From: an uncultured Poribacteria bacterium
Lineage (GTDB): Bacteria; Poribacteria; WGA-4E; WGA-3G
DNA length: 17,136 nt
Assembly (NCBI GenBank): GCA_958296135.2
Contig: CATQHZ020000003.1
Location: 1 to 17,136, forward strand
Direction of reading: 5' to 3'
The notes beneath the pieces are model-generated. The model was not told the origin of the DNA. It saw nothing but the letters and a program-made list of their open reading frames with translations, and ran no database searches. The translations under genes were made by a program, and so were the position numbers. Positions 16,576-17,136 of the stretch are shown piece after piece. Each line of letters begins with the position of its first letter. Position 1 is the first letter of the stretch.

Positions 16576-17003
16576 ATGAACACGACCAGACTGCGAACCG
16601 CACGCGACCGGCTCCGGCGAGAGGGACATGAACCTGCGAGCCATCACGCCGGAGCAGGCCGCCACGGCCGTCGACAACGTGCTCGCCGGCGAGGACCCGA
16701 ACAGCTTCCGGGACCACGTCCCCGCCCATAGAGAGGATCCTCGACAAGACCGCGAAAGAGCAGATCGATCCGGGGAGGCAACGCAGCGCCGCGGCGCCCG
16801 ACAACGAAACGGGAGTCGAGCCCCGACACGCCGCCAGAGCTCCCATGCTCAGCCGAGCCTCTTCCCCGCAAGGGATCATCCCGACGACAAGTGCAGGCCG
16901 AAGGTCAATTCCCCGCCGCCGCGCAGGGCCCCACCCCACGCGCCGCCGCCAGGGACCCCGAACACACCACCGAATCGACTACCACGCCGGAGCATCAGCG
17001 TGA
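16576..17003 (+). CDS. Hypothetical protein, frameshifted; 3' end uncertain
   Basis: MNTTRLRTARDRLRRE / MNLRAITPEQAATAVDNVLAGEDP / IERILDKTAKEQID occur in successive frames. Confidence 0.4.
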
Positions 17004-17136
17004 CGAAGAAACACGAACACCCGGCGACGCTCGCCGAACCCCACGAGACCGAACCGGTTGAGGACTTCGTCCGCGCGCACCGGGCCGAGCTCATCAAGCA
17101 CATCAGGCGGCGCATCGCCGAGACCCGCCAGCGAAT
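17000..17136 (+). CDS. 5' part of a hypothetical protein running off the window
   Basis: GGAG then GTG at 17000 (GTGA overlap); VEDFVRAHRAELIKHIRRRIAE looks like an amphipathic helix. Confidence 0.5.
   Translation, partial: MTKKHEHPATLAEPHETEPVEDFVRAHRAELIKHIRRRIAETRQR

Larger units (their letters stand above)
1..17136 (+). mobile_element. Probable segment of a conjugative plasmid/ICE leading or cargo region (boundaries outside window)
   Basis: Co-directional small genes, ardC, orphan MTase remnant and TA-like modules, with no housekeeping genes. No relaxase, integrase or oriT is visible, so the element class is inferred. Confidence 0.6.

Overview
High-GC accessory region in which essentially all credible genes lie on the + strand, and that strand is visibly T-poor and A/C-rich. 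Gene content resembles the leading or cargo region of a conjugative plasmid or ICE: an intact ArdC antirestriction gene, two different nucleotidyltransferase toxin-antitoxin-like pairs (DUF6036-type and AbiEii-type), a degenerate zeta-toxin-like P-loop fusion, the C-terminal half of a beta-class DNA methyltransferase, a long hexapeptide-repeat beta-helix protein, several small Zn-binding proteins and many hypotheticals. A complete 1276-bp IS4-family element (perfect 17-bp IRs, 9-bp TSD) sits in the 3' end of the AbiEii-type gene. Removing the IS shows that this toxin and the unrelated beta-helix protein end in the same ~30-aa tail, and many other ORFs end in a P-A motif. Other unexplained structure: a CRISPR-like or CUP-like palindromic repeat family upstream of ardC and of a second gene, a perfect 37-35-37 repeat-spacer-repeat unit, and duplicated gene ends and starts. 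Many ORFs carry single-base indels, often in short homopolymers, so sequencing error cannot be separated from real decay. Family calls come from motif recognition only; no database searches were run.
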